From Octopus vulgaris (Eukaryota), in NCBI GenBank assembly GCA_951406725.2, contig OX597817.1:166904001-166968000 (forward strand): a stretch of 64,000 bases of DNA, given 5' to 3'. A program made the position numbers and the translations under genes. The notes below the pieces were generated by a model. It searched no databases. It saw nothing but the letters and a program-made list of their open reading frames with translations, and had not been told where the DNA came from. This document shows, piece by piece, positions 41,000 to 53,880 of this stretch (within the stretch, counting starts at the first letter, position 1; each line of letters opens with the position of its first letter).

Positions 41000-43900
41000 C
41001 AACAACAACAACAACCTCAACAACAACAACAGGATGAACCACTCCTTGATTCATCTACAATGGCCGATTTGCTAAATGAAATCGATTGACCCCCAGTCAT
41101 CAGGGTCACACAGCAGGAAGTGCATTCCTTTCACTGCCCCAGCAGCTCAATCATCATCATTGTCAACACCATCTCCTCTGCTTACTACTACTAGTACTAC
41201 TCCCACTATATATCGACAAACATCTTTGTCTTGGAATCGACCTCCTCAATCATTACCACCGTCAACATCTCTTCTACCTACTACTACTACTACTAACTTA
41301 TCTCAAGGAATTTACCTCATCTCCCGGGGACTCGTCGGACATTTAAAGATAACCACTCACATAAAAATAGCCGCGGCCACACACACCTGCGGTTCCCTAG
41401 ACAGGAAACCACCTTTCTCGATATTTTTATAGAATGAATCTATGCTGATAGAAGAACTGAAAACATCGACATCACCCAAACTACAATTACACTACCAGCC
41501 ATTAAAAGCAATCAAAACAAATCACCAAAACAATTCCAGCCATTTCCCACTCAACATTTCTGCTTAATGCACAAGGCATCAGCCCATTCCCGGGACTCGT
41601 CGGACATTTAAAGATAACCACTCACATAAAACCACAGTCACCTTTCTTCGTCTTCACTGACTTCTTAGTGACCTCCACTTGGAAGCCGAGGTGAAAGTTA
41701 AAAGAACTGGACATGCTGATCGTGTTGGCAGAAGAAAGGTGGGACTGCCATTTATGTCCATGATTCAAAAGCCATGAACATATTTTCGAACCATCCACTC
41801 TCGCCTCAACATTTGCTGCTTAATGCCCAAGGCATCAGCCCTTCCACCAATACACAGTAGACAGACCACCCCACCCACACACCCATCCAAACCACAACAG
41901 CATAAAGTGTTTCATTCAGCAGTGTCAACCTGACAACATTTTAATGATGGGAGATTGTTTCCCATTCGGGTTGACTGGTCATAAAAGTGGGATTCTTTAT
42001 GTCCATGAACCACTCATGCCATGATATTTGTCAGAACCGAAGCATGTCATAACAACATGTATAGTATGTATGGTATGTATATGAGGAATGTAACACTGTG
42101 TTTTTCAGCAGTGTCAACCTGACAATGATGATGGGAGATTTCAACCTTCCCGGGGTTGACTGGTCTACAAACAGTCTGCCGTGAATATTCTTCAACCCCT
42201 GACAGGGAGGCAGTGGAATCGCTTCTTGACTTCATGGATGATTTCTTCTTGTCCCAACTGGTACTCGAACCAACGAGATGTAAAAAAACGTCTTAGACTT
42301 AATTTATACACAATCACATATACTATCCACAATAGATAAACCCTACTTGACCATGATCAATAATGATCTTGCACAAGTCGATTGGTCCTTCACGTACACA
42401 TACACACCCACTAACATCAAAAAGTCCTGGCAGTCACTTGTAGACACCATCACGAACATATGTGCAAGACACACCCCATTAAGATCTGCAAACAAATCTA
42501 AGTGTCGAATCCCTAGAAATAGAAAATCTCTCATAAGGAAAATTAAAAGAATCAACAAAAAGATCAACATGCTGAAATACTGTCAACAGCAACACACCAA
42601 CCTGACTGCCATCTCGTCGCTAGAGATTAAAAAACATAAACTCCAAAACAACATGATGTCTATCATCAATAGTCAGCGAAGAGCTGAAGAGGCCTGGGCC
42701 ATTGAGAAGATCAAACTCAATCCCAAAGTGTTCTTTTCATTTGCAAAAAAACACAGAGTCACTGGTTCTACTGTTGGCCCTCTGATTGATGAAAATGGTA
42801 TTCTTCAAGACAATGCCAAAACCATGGGAGAAATATTGCAGAAACAATATTGCTCTGTTTTCAGCAATCCTGATATGACTGATCTGGGCTGTATCAGTGA
42901 TGTTACTCCCCAATACACTTTATCGGACGTAACATTTGGCGCTCCTGATGTCTTAGCAGCAATAAAGGAAATGAAGCATAATTCAGCAGTAGGTCCCGAT
43001 AGGTTCCCTGCTTGTGTCTTGAAGATGTGTCAAAACCAACTTGCACTCTAGCCAATCTGTGGCGGAACTCATTGGATGCTGGATATATACCAGAAGACCT
43101 TCTATCCCAGTCTGTTGTCCCAGTTTTCAAAAAGAAACAAATCGCTTGCCGTGAATTACCGTCCAATCTCACTCACCTCTCATATCATCAAGGTATTTGA
43201 GAGGGTGCTGAGATCGCGTATGACTCACTTCCTTGAGAGTCATAATATGCTGAACCCCAACCAGCATGGATTCCGTAATGGGAGAGATTGCCTGACGCAG
43301 CTACTGCATCATTTTGATGACATTTTGAGAGCCTTGGGAGAGGGTTCCAACACTGATGTCATCTACCTTGATTTCAGCAAGGCCTTTGACAGGGTTGATC
43401 ATAAGATCCTTCTGAGAAAGCTGTCCAATATTGGTGTCACTGGAAAGCTGCTGCAATGGATCAAGTGCTTCCTCTCTAACAGAACCCAACATGTTGTAGT
43501 CGAAGGAGTCAAATCCAGCCCAGCCAAAGTCAGCAGTGGTGTCCCACAAGGCACTGTGTTGGGCCCACTTCTCTTCATCATCTACATAAATGATATTACT
43601 GACACCATCAAACACAGCAACATCAGAACCTTCGCTGATGATTCCAAGCTCCAGAAGGTCATCAATGGCGTGGATGACCGAATAAACCTTCAGTCAGACC
43701 TACTGGCTGTTGTCCAATGGGCGGAAAAGAATAACATGTTGCTAAATGAAGACAAATTCGAACTGATCCACTTTGGAAGGGAGGACGCTCTGAAACTCCC
43801 ATACTCTCTTCCTTCTGGAGAAATTCTCATGGCATCCAACAACATCAGAGACCTGGGAGTAACAGTGGACAACAACATAAGCTGGGCTACACATATAAGC

Positions 43901-44527
43901 AGCAAAGTTGACATGGCCCGCAGAATGTGTTCCTGGATTCTCAGAACCTTCCAGTCGAGAGATTCCCACGCTATTATCCTTCTCTTCTCCACTTTTGCCC
44001 GACCCCACCTTGAATACTGCTGTCCACTGTGGTCTCCCTACACAAAACAAAATATTATGAGAATTGAAGCTCCCCAAAGGTCAATCACAAAAAAGATAGA
44101 TGGCATGTCAGACCTTGACTACTGGGGTAGACTAGAGAAGCTGAAATTGTATTCACTCCAACGACGCCGTGAACGCTACATTATCTGTATGATGTGGAAA
44201 ATATTCCATCAGCACTGTCCGAATGATGTTGGCATCACCTTCAAAATGCATCCAAGGCTTGGACCACGTGCCATCCGTCCACAACAAAAATCTATCGCAT
44301 CATACGGCACAACTATTTCATATCTCTTCAACATACACCAGGACACGTCAAAAAAGAAACTATATAGTACCGGACAAACCTTCCACACCCGGATATGTCT
44401 CCGCAAACAATAACTCTCTGCTCGAATGGGCCTAAATCCTGAACTGAAAGACTTCGCCAGGTGGTGCTATTAAGTTAGACATGGCCTGGGCCAATACTGG
44501 CCAAAAACCTTTCTAAGTTATTCTAAG

Positions 44528-44530
<3 letters not shown>
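41000..44530 (+). mobile_element. Decayed APE/RT LINE (CR1/L2-like group)
   Basis: APE remnant MMGDFNLPGVDW..EPTR (~42126-42310); RT NYRPISLTS, QHGFR, YLDFSKAFDRVDH, GVPQGTVLGPLLF, FADD, RPHLEYCCPLWSP; 3' (ttctaagtta)2 tail; 5' boundary approximate. Confidence 0.9.
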
Positions 44531-44583
<53 letters not shown>

Positions 44584-44683
44584 GTGCGTGTGTGTATTAT
44601 ACACATATATTTACATATATATATATATATGTATATATATGTGTGTGTATATATATATACATATATATACGCATATATATACT

Positions 44684-45100
44684 TTTTTACTCTTTTACTT
44701 GTTTCTGTCATTTGACTGCGGCCATGCAGGAGCACCGCCTTTAATCGAGCAAATCTACTACTCTTTGCAAAGATTTATTCTTTGCAAGCCTACTACTTAT
44801 TCTATCGGTCTCTTTTGCCGAACCGCTAGGTTACGGGGACGTAAACACACCACCATCGGTTGTCAATCGATGTTGGAGGAACAAACACAGACACACAAAC
44901 ATATACACACACATACATACATATACATGCATGTATATGACGGACTTCTTTCAGTTTCTGTCTACCAAATCCACTCATAAGGCTTTATGAGTGGATTTGG
45001 GCCCGAGGCTATAGTAGAAGACACTTGCCAAAGGTGCCATGCAGTGGGACTGAACCCGGAACCATGTGGTTAGTAAGCAAGCTACTTACTACACAGCCAT
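44684..45100 (-). mobile_element. SINE (same family as 12803)
   Basis: Reverse-complement homology. Confidence 0.8.
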
Positions 45101-45111
45101 ATATATAAAGA

Positions 45112-45183
<72 letters not shown>

Positions 45184-45743
45184 TGTCTGTCTGTCTGTCT
45201 GTTTGCAAAAATATATTAGATAAAGTCAGCAATATTTGAAGAACTTCTTTCTTAGAAGTTATTAACTATTTTTTTTAATCTTAAAAAGCAAAATGTCACA
45301 AATCTTTTGGAATGAAGTTTTAGTAGAGACACACCTACACAAACACTCAAGTGCACACGCGCAAGCACTCGTTCACATACAGCACACAACACACACACAC
45401 ACGCACGCACACACACACACACACACACACATTTGTGAAAGTAAATGAATGACAAAATCACGCAATGCACTTCATTAGCCTGCAGTTGTTTCTGCTACAC
45501 CATGCGATACACTCAGAGCTGAGTGCTTGTGCATCACCTAATAGTTTCCTCAGAGCTTAGAAGAAATGGCTTGGAAGTAATTTAATACAGTTCTTTGCAT
45601 AATTTAATATTACTTTGTCATTTATTTAACTTCATATTACGCTCTGTACTCGGCTTACTCTTTATTCTGAAGCGTATGTACTTTGAATACTAATACAAGT
45701 TATTTGTATCGCCGTGCCTAAGCAAAATTCTAATACACAAACG

Positions 45744-45779
<36 letters not shown>

Positions 45780-45812
45780 CATATATATATGAATATATAT
45801 ATACATATAAAC

Positions 45813-45863
<51 letters not shown>

Positions 45864-46013
45864 GTGAAATAGAAAGATGAATAATCTTGTAGTAGATTAA
45901 TCAAAAGTTTAATCAAAAGTTTAATCAAGAGTTTCGCCATGGGCTCTTAGGAGCATAGTTCGATTTGTTTTTGCTCCGCCTCTGTTCTGTTTTTGTTTTT
46001 CCAACGGATTTCC

Positions 46014-46107
46014 TATTTTCTTCCTGAAGAGAAAGACACAATATGGTCCCATTATTCCATCGGATTTTGGTAATTTGTGCCTTTCGAAACACGTGTAGAA
46101 TGAAATA
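46014..46107 (+). ncRNA. Hammerhead ribozyme in a ~300-bp (TA)n-flanked remnant
   Basis: tattttcttc CTGAAGA gaaag acacaa...ttgtgc ctttc GAAA C ACGT GTA gaatgaaata. Confidence 0.82.
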
Positions 46108-46256
46108 AAACGATTTCTGTTCAATCTGCGTTCAGCTCCATTTCTTCAATTCACCAATAATGTTATATATATATATATATATATATCTTATATATATATA
46201 TATACATGTGTATATAAATATATATATATTTATATATATATATATTCATGTATATA

Positions 46257-46298
<42 letters not shown>

Positions 46299-46639
46299 TA
46301 TATATTTATACGTATACACGCACATACAAATATGTATATCTATAGATGTATATATAGATGTATTCATAAATGTATATGTGTGTAGGTGTGGGGGTGTGGG
46401 TGTGCGTATGTGTGTGTGCGTGGGTGTGCGCGCGTTTACGTTTAAGTATTTGTTTTGCAAGATTCCTGATGTGAAATCGTATGTTGAAACGGATGCTGAA
46501 ACAAACGTTTTTCAAAATAAATACACGCCGTTTTGACGCTTATTTCTAGCAATAGTGGTATTACTTAGTACCTTCTGTCACTTTAGTGACGTCTATAAAT
46601 TTTCTTTTAGGTTGTTAAATTGCTAATAAGCCACCCATA

Positions 46640-46699
<60 letters not shown>

Positions 46700-46960
46700 G
46701 AAGGGTAGTGAGTGGATAGCGAAAGGGGTGCTAAACAAACACACACGCGTATATGTGTGAGCGTACATAAGTATATAATCACACACTATTCCCTAAATAC
46801 TTCCCTTTCTTTCTGCTTTTTTCCCCCTTTTCTTCTCTCTGTCTTCCTCTCCTCTCTCTTTCTCTCTTCCTTTCCTTCCTCTTTTCTCCTCCTTTTCTCA
46901 AACAAAACAAAACAACATCCTCTTTTCGATTTGAATAAACGGCAAAGAAATTTCCAGTAA

Positions 46961-47011
46961 AATCTTACCTGAAGAGTCTCCACCAACAGACGAAAGCGCT
47001 TATAAAAGATT
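46961..47011 (+). ncRNA. Possible minimal hammerhead (weak stem I)
   Basis: aatcttac CTGAAGA gtct ccaccaac agac GAAA GCGC TT ataaaagatt. Confidence 0.45.
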
Positions 47012-47044
47012 ATCCAAAATTCCGATGATCTCCTTTTTCTTAAT

Positions 47045-47156
<112 letters not shown>

Positions 47157-47560
47157 CAAGATAGTAGTGCATTACAGCCGTTTCAAGCGGCTCGATTTAA
47201 TCGAACAATGCAAGCACTACAAGAATTTGAAATGCACAATAACAACAGCATATAATTCTTTCATTTTCTAATTCCCATGAAATATTTGCTAAAAATAATA
47301 ATGGAGTATCCTATATCGTGAAAACTTGTAAGACCTTATACATCCGAAGATGGCCGTGTATTTCAAATTGATGTAATTCTTGCGTTGTTCGGTGAAATGG
47401 AGCCTCCTAAAACGGCCGTAATTCACTAATACTTTGACATCATTGTTACTTATTTGCTTTTTAGTCACCTCGTGCTGTAAGGATAATACTGGATTGACTT
47501 GGTGTCTCAACTTAAGTGCCTAATTCAACTGAATTTTAATTATTTATATGTATGTATATG

Positions 47561-47634
<74 letters not shown>

Positions 47635-47635
<1 letters not shown>

Positions 47636-47725
47636 TCAAAATAAGCAACAAGAATAACTTCGGTAATTTGGTACGATCGTTTCACGCTACAAATTACCGA
47701 AGTTATTCTTGTTGCTTATTTTGAT
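47635..47725. repeat. 36-bp perfect inverted repeat enclosing half of a hammerhead
   Basis: Arms 47635-47670 and 47690-47725; spacer on the - strand reads GAAAC GATC GTA. Confidence 0.8.
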
Positions 47726-47861
47726 TATAATCACCCCATGGATTTATATGGATAACACCATACAAAATTCTGGTGCATCTAACTTAAGTACCATATTCAT
47801 TTGAATCTAAATTTTACATATATATATATATATACATAGATACATATATGTATGCATGTAC

Positions 47862-47997
<136 letters not shown>

Positions 47998-48099
47998 TAC
48001 CAACTAGTTTCATGATCTCAAGTTATACTGTATTGAAAAGCTCAAATAAAGGCGAAATAACGTTATCTATAGCTACTTGGACACGATATATGCATACAT

Positions 48100-48134
<35 letters not shown>

Positions 48135-48321
48135 CTAAGTAATTAAGGGTTTAGCAACGAATTGCCTCACCACACACCGAATTTAGAAATAGCAGTCAAA
48201 GAGTTATAGCTATTCTTTCTACTAAAAGGGAGATCTCAGTAAAAACACACCACTTGAAAGGCAAACACAGACAGGTAAGAGAGAATGAAATGACGGCAAT
48301 CTATCATACAATTTTAAGTCA

Positions 48322-48412
48322 CCTACGGACGTACGTTTCGAAATTAAGTTTTTGGAAAGCATAAGAATTAGATAATCATGTCTTACCCAACTTCTTTTCT
48401 CATCAGCGTAGG
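48322..48412 (-). ncRNA. Hammerhead ribozyme (family C, inverted copy)
   Basis: Reverse complement of the copy-1 motif with minor loop-II changes. Confidence 0.87.
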
Positions 48413-48642
48413 ACACTACAATTATGAATAATTGTTACTGATAGCCATATTTCATCCCAGTAAATGACCACAGCATCTTGTCTTGGCTACACGCGGGTGG
48501 GAAGGGGTTGGTGACACAAACTTTCATTCACACTTTGAATTTGGTGATACTGGTAACGGCTTTAGCTCGCTCTGATACTGAGTTGAGATGATGCCTTCTA
48601 GTATCTCGAAATTTAATATACAATTATTCATAATTGTAGTGT

Positions 48643-48733
48643 CCTACGCTGATGAGAAAAGAAGTTGGGTAAGACATGATTATCTAATTCTTATGCTTTC
48701 CTAAAACTTAATTTCGAAACGTACGTCCGTAGG
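48643..48733 (+). ncRNA. Hammerhead ribozyme (family C, copy 1)
   Basis: cctacg CTGATGA gaaa...tttc GAAA C GTAC GTC cgtagg; cleavage after 48727. Confidence 0.9.
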
Positions 48734-49225
48734 TGACTTAAAATTGTATGATAGATTGCCGTCATTTTATTCTCTCTTACCTGTCTGTGTTTGCCTTTCA
48801 AGTCCTGTGTTTTTACTGAGATCTCTCTTTTAGTAGAAAGAATAGCTATAACTCTTTGACTGCTATTTCTAAATTCGGTGTGTGGTGAGGCAATTCGTTG
48901 CTAATACCTTAATTACTTAGTATTACTTAAACTTTCCTCGAATGAGGCTTTTACATGCCTAGATCTACTTGGTGTAATTAATGATTATTCCAAGTTAATT
49001 AATTTCACCCTATATTGTTACTGATAGCCATATTTCATCCCAGTAAATGACCACAGCATCTTGTCTTGGCTACACGCGGGTGGGAAGGGGTTGGTGACAC
49101 AAACTTTCATTCACACTTTGAATTTGGTGATACTGGTAACGGCTTTAGCTCGCTCTGATACTGAGTTGAGATGATGCCTTCTAGTATCTCGAAATTTAAT
49201 ATACAATTATTCATAATTGTAGTGT

Positions 49226-49316
49226 CCTACGCTGATGAGAAAAGAAGTTGGGTAAGACATGATTATCTAATTCTTATGCTTTCCTAAAACTTAATTTCGA
49301 AACGTACGTCCGTAGG
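49226..49316 (+). ncRNA. Hammerhead ribozyme (family C, copy 2)
   Basis: Same motif, +583 bp; cleavage after 49310. Confidence 0.9.
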
Positions 49317-49808
49317 TGACTTAAAATTGTATGATAGATTGCCGTCATTTTATTCTCTCTTACCTGTCTGTGTTTGCCTTTCAAGTGCTGTGTTTTTACT
49401 GAGATCTCTCTTTTAGTAGAAAGAATAGCTATAACTCTTTGACTGCTATTTCTAAATTCGGTGTGTGGTGAGGCAATTCGTTGCTAATACCTTAATTACT
49501 TAGTATTACTTAAACTTTCCTCGAATGAGGCTTTTACATGCCGAGATCTACTTGGTGTAATTAATGATTATTCCAAGTTAATTAATTTCACCCTATATTG
49601 TTACTGATAGCCATATTTCATCCCAGTAAATGACCACAGCATCTTGTCTTGGCTACACGCGGGTGGGAAGGGGTTGGTGACACAAACTTTCATTCACACT
49701 TTGAATTTGGTGATACTGGTAACGGCTTTAGCTCGCTCTGATACTGAGTTGAGATGATGCCTTCTAGTATCTCGAAATTTAATATACAATTATTCATAAT
49801 TGTAGTGT

Positions 49809-49899
49809 CCTACGCTGATGAGAAAAGAAGTTGGGTAAGACATGATTATCTAATTCTTATGCTTTCCTAAAACTTAATTTCGAAACGTACGTCCGTAGG
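49809..49899 (+). ncRNA. Hammerhead ribozyme (family C, copy 3)
   Basis: Same motif, +583 bp; cleavage after 49893. Confidence 0.9.
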
Positions 49900-50160
49900 T
49901 GACTTAAAATTGTATGATAGATTGCCGTCATTTCATTCTCTCTTACCTGTCTGTGTTTGCCTTTCAAGTGCTGTGTTTTTACTGAGATCTCCCTTTTAGT
50001 AGAAAGAATAGCTATAACTCTTTGACTGCTATTTCTAAATTCGGTGTGTGGTGAGGCAATTCGTTGCTAAACCCTTAATTACTTAGTATTACTTAAACTT
50101 TCCTCGAATGAGGCTTTTACATGCCGAGATCTACTTGGTGTAATTAATGATTATTCCAAA

Positions 50161-50215
<55 letters not shown>

Positions 50216-50285
50216 ATATACACATGCACATATATATGTTTACTCTTTTTCCTTTTGTTTTTCCTCTTCCTTCTTTCTTCTACAG

Positions 50286-50528
50286 GTAACGGCACCATAG
50301 AATTCAACGAGTTTCTCGAAATGATGATGAAGTGTAAATCGGAAACAAACGAGCGGCAAGAAGTAACAGACGCCTTCAAAGTGTTCGACACGAACAAGGA
50401 TGGTTTCATTAATGCTTCTGAGTTACGTCACGTCATGATGAACTTAGGCGAAAAACTCACCGATAAAGAGGTGGAGGATATGATCAGAGAAGCCGACGCA
50501 GACGGTGACGGCCGAATAGACTATGAAG
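50286..50528 (+). CDS. Calmodulin-like gene, coding exon (rest of EF2, EF3, EF4)
   Basis: Long pyrimidine tract + tacag acceptor, 243 bp, gtaaag donor; [14 protein letters not shown]...[47 protein letters not shown]; phase 1 joins in frame with 4517-4660. Confidence 0.95.
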
Positions 50529-50810
50529 GTAAAGCGAGTTCGAATTAGGCAGTAGGTAGTGAATGAGATGTTATGGGTATCGCTGTTATTTGTATTGCGT
50601 TCTTTTACTTGTTTTAGTCATTAGACTACGGCCATGCTGGGACACCACTTTGAAGAATGTTTTTGTCAAATGCATCGAGTCCAGTACTTCTTTTTTAAGC
50701 CTGGTTTATTTTTTAAGCCTGGCATAGGTTTGTGCTTCTAAAAATCTTACACACACACACACCTATATATATATATTTAAAAAAGATGTGGAACACAAGT
50801 TGTGATATAT

Positions 50811-50921
50811 AAAAAAGGAAATGAAGAAAATGCTGACAAAATAATTTAAGTAATTTAAGTAATTACTTAAATTACTTAAATTACTTAAATTATTTTATTT
50901 TGTCAGCATTTTCTTCATTTC

Positions 50922-50926
<5 letters not shown>
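50811..50926. repeat. Fold-back palindrome with internal (taatttaag)n
   Basis: aaaaggaaatgaagaaaatgctgacaaaata ... tattttgtcagcattttcttcatttcctttt. Confidence 0.85.
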
Positions 50927-50986
<60 letters not shown>

Positions 50987-50989
<3 letters not shown>

Positions 50990-51194
50990 GACCGTGTGTG
51001 CACCGTTGGCGATATTTTTCCTCCGTCTTCCCTTCTTTGGATCTTTCCTTTTCCTATGTTTCTGACGAAGAGCTCCGCTCGAAACATTAAACGCTCCTTC
51101 TTTCCTTCTTTCCTGAGTGTCCAATAATACTACACTTGTTCCACGTCCTCGCGTTGTTGTGTTTTCTCTTTGTGTTTTCATGTTTGGATTAACT
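50987..51194 (+). mobile_element. Solo Penelope-type terminus (family D) with a mutated hammerhead at 51058-51092
   Basis: gttt CTGACGA a gagc tcc gctc GAAAC ATT aaac; inserted in (TA)n. Confidence 0.75.
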
Positions 51195-51774
51195 TTATAT
51201 ATATATATATATATTATTCAAAGGAATTCCAACTCTGTTTTTTATGTTATAAATTATATTCTTTATAATATTAATGTAGAATATAGAATATATAGTATAA
51301 ATAGTATATATAGTAAAATGAAATGAAGTATTGATTGTCTTATTGAATAGATGAAATATTGAATATCAAATATTAAGGGACATTAAGGGACTAGTATACT
51401 TTCTTGCATTTAAGCAGTCTTCAAGGTCCCAGGTTGTGACAGGAATGTTTCAACTGTATGTATATATATATATATACATAGAGAGAGAGAGAGGGGGGAG
51501 ACAGACAGACAAGCAGGCAGACAGATAGAGTCAGAGACTGAGAGAGAGACAAAAAGAGAGGGAGATAGGGAGAGAGAGGCGTGATGGGGAAAGCTGAGAG
51601 CCAAAAAGGGATCCAGAGATATACCAAATTGGTGGAGAACGGGATGGAGAATGAAAGGATAAGAGATAAATGAGTGAAAGAGAATGGAGAAAGATGAGGA
51701 GATGCTGATATAAGAAAACCTTTCGGGAAGGTTTATTAATTTTATTTTAATGATATTTTTGTCTTTCTTTGCAG

Positions 51775-51803
51775 AATTTATTCAGATCCTGATGGCCAAA
51801 TAG
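51775..51803 (+). CDS. Calmodulin-like gene, last coding exon (EFIQILMAK*)
   Basis: ttctttgcag acceptor, 29 bp to TAG; same size as the canonical last calmodulin coding exon; missed by the ORF track. Confidence 0.9.
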
Positions 51804-53616
51804 CACCAACGTACCTTAAATATTTTATCTAACAACGCACGTATTTTTGCATATTTTTCACCATATTAAAACATATTGTTCACTATAACTTTATATCATT
51901 ATTCCTCACTATCAATTTACGACATTTTTGAAGTTTTGAAATTCACGAATACAGCACGTCTTTTAAAAAAGAAATGTGGACAAGCACAGAAATATTCATC
52001 CTTTTTTAGATCTGATTCTTTACCACAGCAGAAATTCTTCATATATTTCACGAAAAGGCCTTTTTAACTCATTCTATTTACATTCTATTTTAAATTGATA
52101 ATGCACAATCTTTTAGCTGAATTATTAAAAACTATATTGATTAAATCTTGTTTATTTCTTATTTTCTTCTGTGTAATATCGATTTCAAATTTTGGCACAA
52201 GGCCAGCAATTTTGTGAGAGTGAGTAAGTTGATTACATCGACCTCAGTGTTCAACTGGTACTTATTATATCGACCACTGAAAAGATGAAAAGCAAAGTCG
52301 ATCTCGGTGGAAATTTGAACTTAGAACGTGGAGACGGACGAAATGCATGCTAACGATTCTGCCAGCTCGCTACCTTGAACTAAACAAATATTAAATAAGT
52401 AACGATTGCAAATTTTGATTCTAGAATTGTATTTAAGCAACCGATCTTCAGAAATTTTAGAGCGTTTTACAGAATATTACTAACGCTTACGTTCTGAAAA
52501 AAAAAATCCCAACTCTGTTAACTTTATTTTTAATCCTTTCAAGGTCGATAAGATAAGGTGCCAGCAAATGTGGGAGCGTTCTCCAGTTGAGTACTGTTCA
52601 CAGAACCATTATGGTTGACAAGGGGGGGATTAGAAGGGTTTTGTAAAGGATCGAAAAACATCGGCTGCAGTTTTTGAGGCAATAAAGTTCGAGGTATGTG
52701 CGATGAGAAGAGGTATCATTTGCACTTCAGTTAATAATCTTGCAGTTGTGGGGTTGGTTTACGAACTGGGGTCGAAGTAATCGACTTAATCCGTTTGTCT
52801 GTCCTTGTTTGTCCCCTCTATGTTTAGTCCCTTGTGGGTAATAAAGAAACAGATATCGTTCTATTCAGAGAGTCTGTGGAAGCAATGGACACAACCTGAT
52901 CAGCTCTAGACCAAAAGAAAACAAGAACAACAACAAAAAAGAAAAAAAATACCAAACAAAAGCAGTTTGAGGGGTGGGTAATTTTCCTTATGTGCTGTAT
53001 ATATTCGATGACCACATAGCATCCAACACCATACTAGATAAACCTCCTCCAAAAGAACCCCTTAACATTTCACAGGGATCACCAGCATTGACATATTGGT
53101 CACTTCACGCTATCAAGGCCACCGGCTCTAACAATGTCTCCTCTATGTTCCTCTCACAGCTCGCTCCAGTCCTTGCCCCTGGATGAATCCAGTTATTCAA
53201 TTGATGTATCTTCACGTTTTCTGTTCATTCTTACTTCCTTTCTTTCTCTCTATCTATTTTCTGCCTGTCTCTATGTCTATCTCCCACGTCTATCTCTTTC
53301 TCTCTATCTCTCTTTCTCTTTCCCTCTACCTCTCTTTCTCTCTCTCTCTCCCTCCATTTCTCTCTCTTTCTCCTACTTTCTCTTTCTATCACTACTACAG
53401 TAGCCTCTGCTCTTAGGAGCCGTATGATCTCAAGCCACCTCCACTGAAGCATTCTCTTCACTCTCACTCTTTTCCTCATTACCTCATACCAATCCCTACG
53501 TCCAGTCTCTTCCGCACAAAAAGTCAGCCTATCGAATTAAGCTCCTCCTTTATGCACATGCATTTTCTGAAGCAATCAACTTGGATGAGTTTCAGCGGGG
53601 CTCTAACAGCATCAGA

Positions 53617-53845
53617 CGGCGAGCTGGCAGAACCGTTAGCACGCCGGGCGAAATGCGTAGCCGTATTTCGTCTGCCGTTATGTTCTGAGTTCAAATTCTG
53701 CCGAGGCCGACTTTGACTTTCATCCTTTTGGGGTCGATAAATTAAGTACCAGTTACGAACTGGGGTCGATGTATTCGACTTAATCCGTTTGTTTGTCCTT
53801 GTTTGTCCCCTCCATGATTAGCCCCTTGTGGGTAATAAAGAAACA
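53617..53845 (+). mobile_element. SINE (ggcgagctggcagaa family), full length
   Basis: Head to tail (aaagaaa) intact. Confidence 0.8.
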
Positions 53846-53880
53846 GATATCGTTCTATTCGGATATATATATATATATAT

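Larger units (their letters stand above)
48133..50166 (+). mobile_element. Family C retrozyme-like array: ~3 tandem 583-bp units plus an inverted 5' partial copy
   Basis: Unit starts at 48431, 49014 and 49597; inverted arm 48133-48435; no meaningful ORF; flanked by (TA)n. Confidence 0.9.
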
